Shown here piece by piece: positions 1 through 12,551 of a stretch of DNA of 64,000 nucleotides. The notes under the pieces are model-generated. The model saw only the letters and a program-made list of their open reading frames with translations. It was not told where the DNA came from and searched no databases. Positions within the stretch are counted from its first letter, which is position 1; each line of letters begins with the position of its first letter. The position numbers were made by a program, and so were the translations under genes. Origin of the DNA: Enoplolaimus lenunculus. Its lineage: Eukaryota. The stretch is from the NCBI GenBank assembly GCA_030248215.1, contig JASANG010001013.1:372001-436000 (forward strand), read 5' to 3'.

Positions 1-121
1 ACATTCCTAAGCCTAAGCGTAAGACTAAGCCTAAGCCTAAGCAAAAAAATACTCTAAAGCTTAAACTGACTCTATTACAGCCCCTCCGGAAAACGATCCG
101 GTCGCGTTCTATACATTGGCC
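1..121 (+). mobile_element. TTAGGC-bearing MITE, family A (left end outside window)
   Basis: GCCTAA tract followed by the family A right TIR ...TTCTATACATTGGCC. Confidence 0.8.
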
Positions 122-1074
122 AACATTATGATGTGAATCATTTTTCGGTGCCAGGATCTGTGAAAGATGATTGTAAACGCTGTTAAAAAAAGTACTTTAT
201 TTTTTTGTTTAAAATTTTGAAATTTTTGCTTCTAAAATTTACAAAAAAATTATTCTAAATTATGTTAAAAGTGTTGTTTTATTTACTGTTTAGAAATTTT
301 AGGATGGGCTAAACTCCGCCTTTCACTTTCCTTGTATCCGCACCTGTGAGTTTGCTCAGTTATGAGCATTTGGTTTCAATTTTTGTTTTGAGTTAATTTG
401 AACGTTCGTTTATGCAAACCTTTGGGTGGCGTTATACTCTTTGACGATATTACTCCTTTTTGGAACCGTCCGGCATTTATGTGCCGCTGTCCGGAACCGG
501 ATGGGGTCCGTGAAAATTATATGAATCGTTCAGTAAGCATAAACAAAACCTTAAGTTAAAACCTAAGTCTACGTTTAGGGTGGCGGAATAAATATTGTTC
601 GGCGCCGTCCGTTACCGTCCTTCACCGCGTCGTATCGTATACTAGACGGTGATAGACGGCGAAGGACAGGTGACCTACAACGCCGAACGGCGCTGGAGAA
701 CATTAATAAGTTTTAAAAGTGTAGCGCCACTGTAAACCTAAACCAAAACCTAATCCAAAGCCTAAGCCTAAGCTTCACATTCTCTAAATCCAACTATCTC
801 CCAGTAGGCATAGCCCAATATTTGACATGGGCCCTTCCTGTACTCCGGATAAACAAAAATGCTTCTGTAACGAACCTTATGCGTTCAGTATATCAAGTGT
901 CAGTCCATCATTTTATGCTCTAGGATCCGCTAGGAGACAGTGGGACTGATACACTTAGAGACTGAGAAGTTTGATTAGGTTTAGGTTTAGGCTTAGCAAG
1001 CAGGTTCCCACGCTTGAAACATGGGCCAAAATGTTTGATGTAAGCGAATCTTATTGTTTTTTTCTGTGTTTAAG

Positions 1075-4000
1075 CTGGTGGGCGCATAAGACTAAACTGA
1101 GTGTGTGCACGTTGATCAGCGGCGTTGAAAATTGTCAGCTAATGACAGAAGGCGACAAACGCAAAACGTTGATCGAAAATACTGGCGAAGTATACGATGT
1201 TGTACAGGTATATTAATATATTAATATTTCATTAGAAATTCATTTAAACTTCAGAATTTAATTATCAACAGTGGAAAGCTTATCCCTGCGATAAGGGTTA
1301 GGCATAGGCTTAGGAATATGTTTATACTACTGTTACAACAGGAATATGCTTATACTACTGTTACAACAGGAATATGCTTATACTACTGTTACAACAGGAA
1401 TATGCTTATACTACTGTTACAACAGGAATATGCTTATACTACTGTTACAACAGGAATAAGCTTATACTACTGTTACAACAGGAATATGCTTATACTACTG
1501 TTACAACAGGAATATGCTTATACTACTGTTACAACAGGAATATGCTTATACTACTGTTACAACAGGAATATGCTTATACTACTGTTACAACAGGAATATG
1601 CTTATACTACTGTTACAACAGGAATATGCTCATACTACTGTTACAACAGGAATATGCTTATACTACTGTTACAACAGGAATATGCTTATACTACTGTTAC
1701 AACAGGAATATGCTTATACTACTGTTACAACAGGAATATGCTTATACTACTGTTACAACAGGAATATGCTCATACTACTGCTACAACAGGAATATGCTTA
1801 TACTACTGTTACAACAGGAATATGCTTATACTACTGTTAAAACAGGAATATGCTTATACTACTGTTACAACAGGAATATGCTTATACTACTGTTACAACA
1901 GGAATATGCTTATACTACTGTTACAACAGGAATATGCTTATACTACTGTTACAACAGGAATATGCTTATACTACTGTTACAACAGGAATATGCTTATACT
2001 ACTGTTAAAACAGGAATATGCTTATACTACTGTTACAACAGGAATATGCTTATACTACTGTTACAACAGGAATATGCTTATACTACTGTTACAACAGGAA
2101 TATGTTATACTACTGTTACAACAGGAATATGCTTATACTACTGTTACAACAGGAATATGCTTATACTACTGTTACAACAGGAATATGCTTATACTACTGT
2201 TAAAACAGGAATATGCTTATACTGCTGTTACAACAGGAATATGCTTATACTACTGTTACAACAGGAATATGCTTATACTACTGTTACAACAGGAATATGC
2301 TTATACTACTGTTACAACAGGAATATGCTTATACTACTGTTACAACAGGAATATGCTTATACTACTGTTACAACAGGAATATGCTTATACTACTGTTACA
2401 ACAGGAATATGCTTATACGACTGTTACAACAGGAATATGCTCATACTACTGTTACAACAGGAATATGCTTATACTACTGTTACAACAGGAATATGCTTAT
2501 ACTACTGTTACAACAGGAATATGCTTATACTACTGTTACAACAGGAATATGCTTATACTACTGTTACAACAGGAATATGCTTATACTACTGTTACAACAG
2601 GAATATGCTCATACTACTGTTACAACAGGAATATGCTTATACTACTGTTACAACAGGAATATGCTTATACTACTGTTACAACAGGAATATGCTTATACTA
2701 CTGTTACAACAGGAATATGCTTATACTACTGTTACAACAGGAATATGCTCATACTACTGCTACAACAGGAATATGCTTATACTACTGTTACAACAGGAAT
2801 ATGCTTATACTACTGTTACCACAGGAATATGCTTATACTACTGTTACAACACGAATATGCTTATACTACTGTTACAACAGGAATATGCTTATACTACTGT
2901 TACAACAGGAATATGCTTATACTACTGTTACAACAGGAATATGCTTATACTACTGTTACAACAGGAATATGCTCATACTACTGTTACAACAGGAATATGC
3001 TTATACTACTGTTACAACAGGAATATGCTTATACTACTGTTACAACAGGAATATGCTTATACTACTGTTACAACAGGAATATGCTTATACTACTGTTACA
3101 ACAGGAATATGCTTATACTACTGTTACAACAGGAATATGCTTATACTACTGTTACAACCTTCAGCAATGCTTTGGCCAAAATTTATAAGTGGGTATGCTA
3201 TTCATGGTCAATAGTATACTCCTTTTGTTAGGCATTGCATTTGATTCGCGAAACTCTTCTTCACCATTTACGGACCGATTTGAGCTTTACATCTCGCTCC
3301 GATCACAGATGCGACGCCGCAACGGAGGCATGAACCTGAACACAGCCCCATCCGACCGCCACTGCACCACACACGAGCCAACATTGCTCGGGCGGCCAAT
3401 GTGGCTTTAAGGGGCGTAACAATAGATTAAGCGTATTCCTAAGCCTAAGCCTAAGCCTAAGCAAAAAATATAATCCAGAAGCTGGACATACCCTTTTATA
3501 GAACTACCCGAAACCTGGACTCCCCTTAAAGTAACATGGGCCGCTCGAGCGATGGGCGCAGTCATCTGACATAGCCTAGCTATGTTGTTATCCGCAAAAA
3601 TAGCCAGCAACAATTGCAACATTAATCAGCGACATTCTACGGCCACGCAGGGCCCAGGTAAGTTTAACATTGCGGACACAGCCGCCATAGCATCGATTTT
3701 ATAATTTCTACGCCTTGTAGCCACGCCTAAGCCTAACTTAAGTTCTAAGAGAGACTAGGTGGAGCCAGGAACTCCCTTAAGGTGTGGTTTTGATTTAAGG
3801 TTTTATTTTTAGTTTTAGTTTTTAGTTCGAAATGGGTTTAAGTGTGGCACAGCCACCTACAATCATCTACTCTTGTTATAGGTCGATCATGTACTCTTGT
3901 TACAGGTTGATCATCAACTCTTTTTATAGGTTGATCATCTACACTTGTTATAGGTTGATCATGTACTCTTGTTATAGGTTGATCATCTACTCTTGTTATA

Positions 4001-7000
4001 GGTTGATCATCAACTCTTTTTATAGGTTGATCATCTACACTTGTTATAGGTTGATCATGTACTCTTGTTATAGGTTGATCATCTACGCTTGTTATAGGTT
4101 GATCATCAACTCTTGTTATAGGTTGATCATCTACTCTTGTTATTTGTTGATCATCTACTCTTGTTATAGGTTGATCATCTACTCTTGTTATAGGTTGATC
4201 ATCAACTCTTGTTATAGGTTGATCATCAACTCTTGTTATTTGTTGATCATCTACTCTTGTTATAGGTTGATCATCTACTCTTGTTATAGGTTGATCATCA
4301 ACTCTTGTTATAGGTTGATCATCTACTCTTGTTATAGGTTGATCATCAACTCTTTTTATAGGTTGATCATCTACACTTGTTATAGGTTGATCATCTACTC
4401 TTGTTATAGGTTGATCATCAACTCTTGTTATAGGTTGACCATTCCCCAGCTTGCGTTGCGTTTTTAAGCGAAACTGACTGCCCTGCGATTGGTGAACTTT
4501 GATAAAATTAACCGAGTTGAGATTTTCGGCAATTTTGAAAATTAAAAACATTTTTTTGTTTATTTAATATGTCGAAACTTAATTTATGCGTTCATTTTTG
4601 GCATTTAATGACTATTTTTGTCGAATTTCAGATTTTCTTACTTGCCAATGACTTTGTCTCATCTGGCGGAATTGCAGCTGCGGATAACATTGTTGTGACC
4701 GGAACATCAGGTAAACAAAATGTTTTAAAATATTAGTAAAAAATTGTCCAAAAATAATATATTTCAAACCAATAAACATTAAACTTTTGATTTTTATCAA
4801 GAGTCGATGATGTATACTTTCACAAGAGTATGTAACTGGGTACATTCTGTGTAAAAACAATGTACCCGGCACGAGTTGTGTTTTTGGCCTACACCTCATT
4901 ATTTAGGAGCGTACAACTTGTGCAAACCTGACATCAAGAAATGCTCTGCTTATAGATCAATTTAGTGTTATTGCACGTAACGGCGACCTCCCCTCAAAAT
5001 TGGGGGTCTGTCGTAAACGCAGCGCCCGGTGGTGCATTTTGTAGCATACGGAACCCCATGGGTTGCAAACACTTGTATCATACAATCTTGGTTACATTAA
5101 ACTTAATTCCAATTCAACTCAAATGTTCTGTGGTTGAACAAAACGAATGAATTTTTGATGAAATTATGATTTGTTTTGACAACAAAGCAGAGTGTAAACG
5201 GATAGTAAAAATAATGAAAACGGAAACAATACGGATACGGATAGTGAACAAAATAACGGAAATGGAAAACGAATACTAAGATATAAAAGTTTCAAAGATG
5301 TTTTATTTTTCTGCCATCACAATAGAGGCGGGAAAATGTTCGGCGGGGTTTCCAAATGTTTACAGAAAATATAGCGGATGCAGCGAAATATTTTAAGATT
5401 TTGCATGAATTTCGTAGGTTTTTTATTTGGAACAATTGCATCATATCTGTAATTAAAAATCACCAGATATATACATGATTTAGAACTAATTTTGAACGTA
5501 AAAATAACATGGACACTGAGCTTTGCCGGAAATGTAAACAAACATCCGGTTCCACCCTGATTTTGATAAAATTAACATTTGTTTTTAACAAAAATAAATT
5601 AATATAAATATTGTAAACAAAGGTCACTTAAGAAGTATTATCAGAAATATTTGACTTTGACCTTAATAATTAAGCGGTTTACGGAAATAACAGTAAACAA
5701 TCTGTTATACCCACCATTCTTTTCCAGAGGCGCTGATTAATAATTTCAAATAGCGTCAAGTTAGCATCGAGTTCAATGTATATATAGAACTTACATACGC
5801 GAAACACGGCCAATGTATAGAGTAAGCCGTAACAGTAATATAAGTATATTCCTAAGCATAAGACAAAGCGTAAGGATAAGCCTATACCTGAGCCTAAGCT
5901 TTAAGTCTTAGCCTGAACCAAAGCAAAAATCTTGTCTAAAGCTTAAGCTTACTCTATAGCGTTTTAAGCCTTTCTCACGTGAATATTTGCAATTTCACAT
6001 GAGAAAGTAATTTCAAGATGAGATTCGATCTCCAGTCTCACGGGTTGGAGGCGTTTACGACACCATTGAGCTATAGGATTTTGACGATCGAGCCCGAGGG
6101 GCTCTCACATCTTGTGAAGATTTTGCACTGTGCATATTTAGTTTATAAAAACGAATTTCAGACGTCTTGCATTGAGAAAGTTATTTTAAATTCCGATTTT
6201 AAATGCTTTTGTATCTCTGAAAACGTTGTGAGGGAATATACAGCCTTTATGTATCCCTTTGTATTCCCTACGATTGGGTTTGTTTAAGAAACGTATACGA
6301 TTATTAATTGTGTATATTACGTCTCAATTTATGGTTCAGACAAACAGTGGCCCGACAGAATTATGTTTGTTTGTTTTAGGAGCAGGAGGTCGACCTCGGC
6401 CTGTAACAGATGAACCAGAAACCATAGGGCCAGAACCACCAATAACGGATGGACCCGGTACTGGCATAAGCCCAGAAATCATTTCACCGGGAGGTGGAGA
6501 CAGACAGGATATCAACTGCGAACAGGATAAAGTTTGTGAGTGACAGTTTCAAAATTTTGAAATAATTTTCAAATTAACGTTACTGGCGTTTTGCGTTTTG
6601 AGTTGTTTATAGTCAATTTACTAGTAAAAATTCAAATAATATTTGCTTGATTACTGACACATCTTCAAATCATTTCGTTGGTTTCGAAACTGTCGTCAAT
6701 TTCTGCGCATGTATAGAACAGGGCCGGAACAGTAGTATAACCATATTCCTAAGCCTAAGCCTAAGCCTAAGCCTAAGCCTAAGCGTAAGAATGAGACTAT
6801 TCCTAAGCCTAAATCTAAGCCTAAGCCTAAGTCTAAGCAAAAAATATAGTCCAGAGCGTCAACTGACTCTGTTACAGCACCTCCGGAAAACGATCCGGCC
6901 CTGTTCTATACATGGGCCTCAAGTTCAAAAATCACAGCAGCTGACAAACAATAAACGCTGTGTTGTGTAACAATTGTTCCATGCAAACAGTGTGAATAGA

Positions 7001-10000
7001 TATTTACTTATGCTTTACTAAAATATAATGTTTTGGTTTGTTTGTTTGTTTGTTTGTTTGTTGCTTGGTTGGTTTGTTTGTTTGTTTATTGGTTGCTTGG
7101 TTGGTTGGTTTGTTTGTTTGTTGGTTACTTGGTTGGTTGGTTTGTTTGTTTGTTGGTTGGTTTGTTTGTTGGTTGGTTGGTTGGTTGGTTGGTTAGTTAG
7201 TTTGTTTGTTTATTTGTTTGTTTGTTGGTCGGTTGGTTGGTTGATTTGTTTGTTTGTTTGTTTGTTTGTTTGTTTGTCGGTTAGTTAGTTGGTTTGTTTG
7301 TTTGTTGATTTGTTTGTTGGTTGGTTGATTTGTTTGTTTTTGTTTGTTGGTTGGTTGCTTGGTTTGTTTGTTTATTTGTTTGTTTATTTGTTTGTTTGTT
7401 TGTCGGTTGGTTTGTTTGTTTGTTGGCTTGTTTGTTTGTTTATTTGTTTATTTGTTTATTTGTTTATTTTTAGTGTGTCTTCGACACTTTTCATTTACAC
7501 GATTTACTGAACAATTCGGCGACGTTGGTCAATTTTATAATTCAATATTTCCAAAAGGTAAGTCTTGTAAATATCTGTAATGTTTACCAAAATTAATTTG
7601 TTTAATGTTCAAATGCCACTTGACGACACCGCAAACCAGAACAATGATTTCAAAGTGATTTTGCAAGTTTATTCGCTGAACAGGTTGTTTGAATAAATTG
7701 ACGTTATATAAACACGGATATCCGTGTTAGTCTTGGCATGAGCAGGGTCTTCAGAACTTACTAAACAGTTGGAAAAAGCGAGCATACAAAGTGGGAATCG
7801 AACTAGCAACCTTAGGATTCTGAGGCAGTCAATATACCACTGCGCCACTTTAGCTCGATTCTCCAACTACTTTTTTCGTCGACTGTATGTCGATCATGTG
7901 CTTTCAGCAAGGATTGTATATATTGCATTGCACGTGTACACCCGGAGAAGCATCTCTCACATACTTACAATATATACATATACATATATTAGCGTATTTA
8001 AATATATAATATATATCAGGGTTCAACCGGAATTCCTGTTCCGGCCGGAATTCCTGCAAAACTTCAATTCATATTCCTGGTTCTGTTCCTGCAATTCAAA
8101 GATGCAAAAACCGGAATTTTTACAGTTTTGTAGCAAATTATGCCTAATCATTTGAACACTGGAGACTTTGTCTTTAAAAAATTGTTATTTCGAAATGAGG
8201 TGTTTTTTCACTTTAATTTTGTTAACAAACTGTTACTGTTATGTTTTCGCAAAACTTGATGATGAAACAGTTGAAAATTCGTTTAAGCCATTCAATTCCT
8301 GTTCCTGTTCCTGCAAAATTAAATTCCTGTTAGAACCCTGGGCCAATGTAAAAAACAGGGGCGCAACAGTATTATAAGCATATTCCTAAGCTTAAGCCAA
8401 ACCCAAGCCTAAGCGTAAGCGTAACAATGAGCATATTCTTAAGCCTGAGCCTAAGCCAAGCAAAAAAAACTAGTGTAAAGCTTAAAGCTTACTGTTTTCT
8501 AGTCTCGCAGAAAAACGTTCCGCCCGTGATCTTTTACATCGGCCGAACCCTTAAATCTATGTTTCAGACAGCAGTTCTTACTACGCTGCTCAGTTATCGG
8601 CATCAGGTAGCGCACAATCAAACGCGTGGGTGAAATTTTTTAGCGACGAAATAGTCTATGGAACATTGAAATTTCACACGTTTTTGGCGACAAATGACGT
8701 ATATTTTCAAGTTTGCGATGGCCCTCCGCCATCGTTCACCAACTGTCAAAATATTGCTGGTTCGGCACAAGTTAAACATAGCGATCTTGAATGGATTGGT
8801 CAGCATGTTACTATCAGCGGTCTTAAAGAGGTAAATTGTTGCATTTTGCATAGTTTATTATCAGCGAAACATGAGCGATTTGTCATTCGCCAGCAGACAT
8901 TGTTGTACCAGTTCACTAAGGTTATTTTCGGTTTGGCACTTTAAAAGTCCGAAATTTTTTTCTAAATTCAAATTTTGGCGTGGAATAATCCGGAAAGGTC
9001 ATGATTAGCACAAATTTTGTCAAAATTTTAAAACCCAACCATTTTTGGGCAAACGCCGACTGAGAGATAACCTAAAAAACCCAACAAATATGCGCCAGTC
9101 ATATTGAGTTGGATTTAACGTCTTGAGCCGAAAATCAAACAATTCTACAGCCTAATTTACGTTTACAATTTGAACTGTCGTTGATAAATTCTAAAACGAA
9201 CCAATGACGTAAGCCGGACGGCTTCATAATAGGACTCTGGAGACGCTGGAACATCGCTAAACCACAAAATGTTATTGCAGATGACATGGGGTCTCGCTTA
9301 GATCGTATGGGACCGTTGGCTAATGAACTGTTGTTACGGTATGTCGTCCGTAGTCTAGGGATACCCAAAATTTGGCCTCAGCAATTTATTTGCTAAAATT
9401 GCGTCCGCGACGTCTCTCTTGCGATGCAGTTTGGTTTCGGCTGCCAATAAATCGGTTATAAAGCCGCCTCTTTAGCCGGCAAAAATTTAGACAGCCTTCA
9501 GAGAACTCAAACAATACGCGTTGGTACCATGTCTCGGAAGCTGGGGTATAACTTCGAATCCTCATCAGTAATCGTTTAATTTTTGGTACTCAAAATTCAA
9601 TGTTTCATAAAAGTGCACGCGACACCTTCTGTCGTGCGTTTTAACTCACTATTTACCCGCGCCCGTCAAAAATTTCTAGATCCACCATTGACTATAATAT
9701 AGTACACCCGTCAAAAGATTAGCCAAAACGACAGTCACAGAATGCAGCCGCTGAGACGTAAGCTTACTCTATTGCAGTCCCAAAGAAAAACGTTCCGCTC
9801 CTGATCTTTACATGAGCCAATTTTTAGAACAATAAAATTTGATGCGCCGCTCTTACCGAAAAAATATTTCTGCGATCACCAATGTCAAAAATATAATAAT
9901 TTTTTGTGTGTATTTTTAGAAATACATTGTTTGCGTCAATCATGGAAACAATCTCGGATTGTGCGGTATTGATGAATTGATTTTTGAGCATTCGGACCAG

Positions 10001-10003
10001 TAG
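1075..10003 (+). CDS. Tandem MAM-like domain protein, 3' part (5' exons lie upstream of the window)
   Basis: GT-AG exons with consistent phases: 1075-1207, 4632-4710, 6380-6535, 7474-7557, 8568-8830, 9920-10003 (TAG). Two domains each show a L/F-x-V-C...C motif and a MAM-type last strand (GGIAAADNIVV; NLGLCGIDELIF), separated by a Pro/Gly/Thr-rich linker. Domain call is by motif resemblance only. Confidence 0.65.
1312..3157. repeat. 28-bp satellite (GGAATATGCTTATACTACTGTTACAACA), about 65 near-identical copies
   Basis: Head-to-tail units. The unit matches the subterminal segment of family A MITEs. Preceded by TTAGGC hexamers and followed by ...TTTGGCC at 3177. Confidence 0.97.
3394..3542 (+). 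mobile_element. TTAGGC-bearing MITE, family B
   Basis: TIR GGCCAATGT(GG)CTTTAAGGGG / CCCCTTAAAGTAACATGGGCC; TSD GCTCGGGC/GCTCGAGC. Confidence 0.9.
3860..4440. repeat. 24-bp minisatellite (GGTTGATCATCTACTCTTGTTATA), about 24 copies
   Basis: Direct tandem units inside an intron of the MAM-like gene. Confidence 0.95.
5188..5559. mobile_element. Dispersed CAG...CTG-ended repeat (related copies about 11509-11885, 17965-18323 reverse, 49609-49985)
   Basis: Shared blocks TAAACGGATAGTAAAAATAA and TATAAAAGTTTCAAAGATGTTTTATTTTTCTGCC. TSDs not recognisable. Confidence 0.6.
5808..5958 (+). mobile_element. Family A MITE, truncated on the right
   Basis: Left TIR GGCCAATGTATAGA and a degenerate GCCTAA tract, interrupted by another repeat at about 5960. 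Confidence 0.7.
5962..6140 (-). mobile_element. tRNA-derived (SINE-like) repeat, family T1
   Basis: Minus-strand A-box TAGCTCAATGG and degenerate B-box; homologous to 22943-23120 and 42955-43070. Confidence 0.6.
6704..6918 (+). mobile_element. Family A MITE
   Basis: TIR (..CATGTATAGAACAGGGCCGGA / TCCGGCCCTGTTCTATACATGGGCC); TSD TCAATTTC/TCAAGTTC; GCCTAA tract. Confidence 0.9.
7029..7470. repeat. (GTTT/GGTT)n microsatellite
   Basis: Tetranucleotide run ending at the acceptor of the exon at 7474. Confidence 0.95.
7755..7870 (-). mobile_element. tRNA-derived repeat, family T2
   Basis: Minus strand has A-box TGGCGCAGTGG, B-box GTTCGATTC and tail TTTTTCCAACTGTTTAGT, shared with 51682-51795. Confidence 0.55.
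8017..8340. mobile_element. CAGGGTTC-ended MITE (hAT-like termini)
   Basis: CAGGGTTCAACCGGAATT ... AATTCCTGTTAGAACCCTG inverted ends; its right end was the target of the next MITE. Confidence 0.55.
8341..8544 (+). mobile_element. Family A MITE
   Basis: GGCC termini; TSD GAACCCTG/GAACCCTT; GCCTAA tract. Confidence 0.88.
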
Positions 10004-10162
10004 AAACTAAAACCGATGCAATGTTCAGGGACTTTCTATTAGCAAACTTCTATTTTTAGAATTGCTAATTTTGCCGTCGTATAGAAGAAATGAGACATGA
10101 ACAAACGTTATAAGCATTGAGCCCTCGGTAAAACTTTGGCTTTGATTTAAAATTTGTACATA

Positions 10163-10376
10163 CACTGCAAAAAATGGTGAGTCAAATTGACTCTCTTCAC
10201 AAAAGGCTCTACGGGACTATTCAAACTGAGTTAAATTCGACATTGCCACTGTCAAACGTGCGACTCTCAGTGAGTCGTCGAATTTGACTCTGGCGGAGTC
10301 GAATTTGTCTCAGTTTGTGTAGTCCCGTAGCGCCTATTTCGTAGAGAGTCAATTTGACTCACCATTTTTTGCAGTG
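10163..10376. mobile_element. CACTG-ended palindromic MITE (CMC/EnSpm-like)
   Basis: TIR CACTGCAAAAAATGGTGAGTCAAATTGACTCTC flanked by TA; other copies at 54162-54320, 55488-55683, 57995-58199. Confidence 0.8.
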
Positions 10377-10699
10377 TAGGGTTGAACTTAGACTTAAGCT
10401 ATCAAAAATTAAGAGAACGAATTTCAATGCTTGACAGTGTCGGATAGTTAGTTATGCCTAAATATTATGCATTTAGTTAGTTTTCTACCTTTTTATGTAA
10501 TAATTCGCATCTTACGAGAAATATCTGTAATCCCGGCATATATTTAGTTTCTTTTAATCTTGGGTTTGGTTAGGCTTAGGCTTTAGGCTTAAGCTATTGT
10601 TTTACGTCTCATAATTGATTTAAACCATTTACAACGTATATTTTGTGTGAAACTCTTGAGGGTTTTAAAATTTTATTAAAGGTTTTCGTTGCGATAAAG

Positions 10700-10871
10700 G
10701 GCCAATGTATAGAACAGGGCACGAACAGTAGTATAAGCATACTCCTAAGCCTAAGCCTAAGACTAACCCTAAGCCTAAGCATAAGCCTAAGCAAAAAAAA
10801 TAGTAGAAAGCTTAAGCTTACTGTATTACAGTCCGCCGGGAAACGTTCCAGCCCTGTTCTATACATGGGCC
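10700..10871 (+). mobile_element. Family A MITE
   Basis: Complete GGCC TIRs and GCCTAA tract; TSD not conserved. Confidence 0.85.
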
Positions 10872-12341
10872 TTATATAAAACAATCTATATTATTGATTT
10901 GATGGCATTTTTTAACATTTTGTGTTTCTATCTTTTAGTATTAATAAACCACAAATATCAGCTTGCATTTTGACAATGCACATGCAATAATTGCCTAAAT
11001 GCAGTATGTTTTAGCGACAGTTTCGATGCAAATCGCACTACAAAAGCAATCATGTCAAATATATAATAAAACGCTATTTTAAATGCTTTTCACGTTTCAA
11101 CTGCAAGTTTCGTTTTTTGTGTGCAGAAAAACTCTAAAATGAATCGCTTGCGTATCGAAACGCTGTGTAAACGGTAGTTCGGGTTTACCAAAACACGTAT
11201 TTCGCACAAACGCTTTTTACAAAAAAAAGCGTTTTGTGGTTTGTGACACAATTCCTAAATTTGGTTGTTTAAATTGATGTGCCATATTTTTATGACTGCT
11301 TGAAACGCATTAGGTTTGCGTTATACTTGATGTCCGTGGCCGTCCGTCGCCGTCCAGCGCCCTCCGTCCCCGTGAGTCACCGTGTGGTGTCGTACGTGAC
11401 GGTGACAAACGGCGCCGGACGTCGTCAACAGGTAAGCGCCAGCCTAAGACTTAAAATTCGTTGCATTAATGCTGATCTTAAGCAGCGACGTGTACAATAT
11501 GCGCTAGACAGGGCGTAAACGGATAGTAAAAATAACGGGAATGGATAGTGATCCGAATAACAGATAAAGAAACCGAAGACGGATATTGAAGTATAAAAGT
11601 TTTAAAGATGTTTCATTTTTCAGCGAACTGAATAATCAAGGCATGCAAATATTCACCGGGCTTTCTAAATTTGAATAAAAACGCGGCATATTATTCACTT
11701 AAATTTTTAATATTTTGAATGGATTTCGTCATTTTTATCTCTTTTCAAACAATTGCAGCATATCTGTAATAAAAAATTGCCGGATATATACGTGATTTAA
11801 AATTAGTTTAGAGGGTAAAAATAACAGTCTTTCAGGTATTTCCATAAGGCAAACCGAAACGGACACCTATTTTTGCCGGAAACCAGCTCACTTGATAGCA
11901 CAGTACACTACAATACTGTTTACATACGTATAGGGTGCAAATGATTGCTATTTAGGAACTCAAGAAACTCTCGTTCGAAATTTTTGCACAACATAAGCCA
12001 TACTTTTCAAAATTCTTGCTACGCCATGACCGCAGTATTTATGACAATTCAAAAGAATATTCAAAAATACGTATCAAAATTTTATTACAATATCACAAAG
12101 CTACGGTCTATTCCATGGGCCAATGGGACAAAAAGTGGTCATGCACTGCTCCGATTTATTTCATCTCGCGGGCCCAACGTTTGGGCCCAAGCCCAGGCCC
12201 GGCCCGCTTATGGGCCCGCGTACGGACTAGGCCCGCGGTTGTTGGCCCGGTCCGATTCAAACCCTGGCTGGAGAAATGTCTATATCAAAACCGCTGGCGT
12301 AATACTTTTGACCACGGTATATTTAGTTCGTATACGGAACC

Positions 12342-12551
12342 GGCCTATGTATAGAACCGGGCCGAATCGTTTTCCGGAAGGGCTGTAATAGAGCCAGTTT
12401 GAGCTTTAGCCTAAATTTTTTGCTTTGGCTTAGGCTTAGGCTTAGGAATAGGCTCATCCTTATGCTTTGGCTTTAGGCTTAGGCTTAAGCTTAGGCTCAG
12501 GCTCAGGAATAAGCTTGTACCACTGTTCCGGCACTGTTCTATACATGGGCT
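12342..12551 (-). mobile_element. Family A MITE
   Basis: TIRs, TTAGGC tract and probable 9-bp TSD TACGGAACC/TATGGAACC. Confidence 0.85.

Noticed and set aside
1312..3231. Long ORFs (637, 604, 333 aa) and a CRISPR-like 28-bp periodicity
   Set aside because: Head-to-tail satellite with no unique spacers and no cas genes. The ORFs arise because the unit has no stop codon.
3832..4551. RVDDQPIT-repeat protein
   Set aside because: Translation of an intronic 24-bp minisatellite.
7028..7470. Hydrophobic membrane-protein ORFs
   Set aside because: GTTT microsatellite; only 7474-7557 is exonic.
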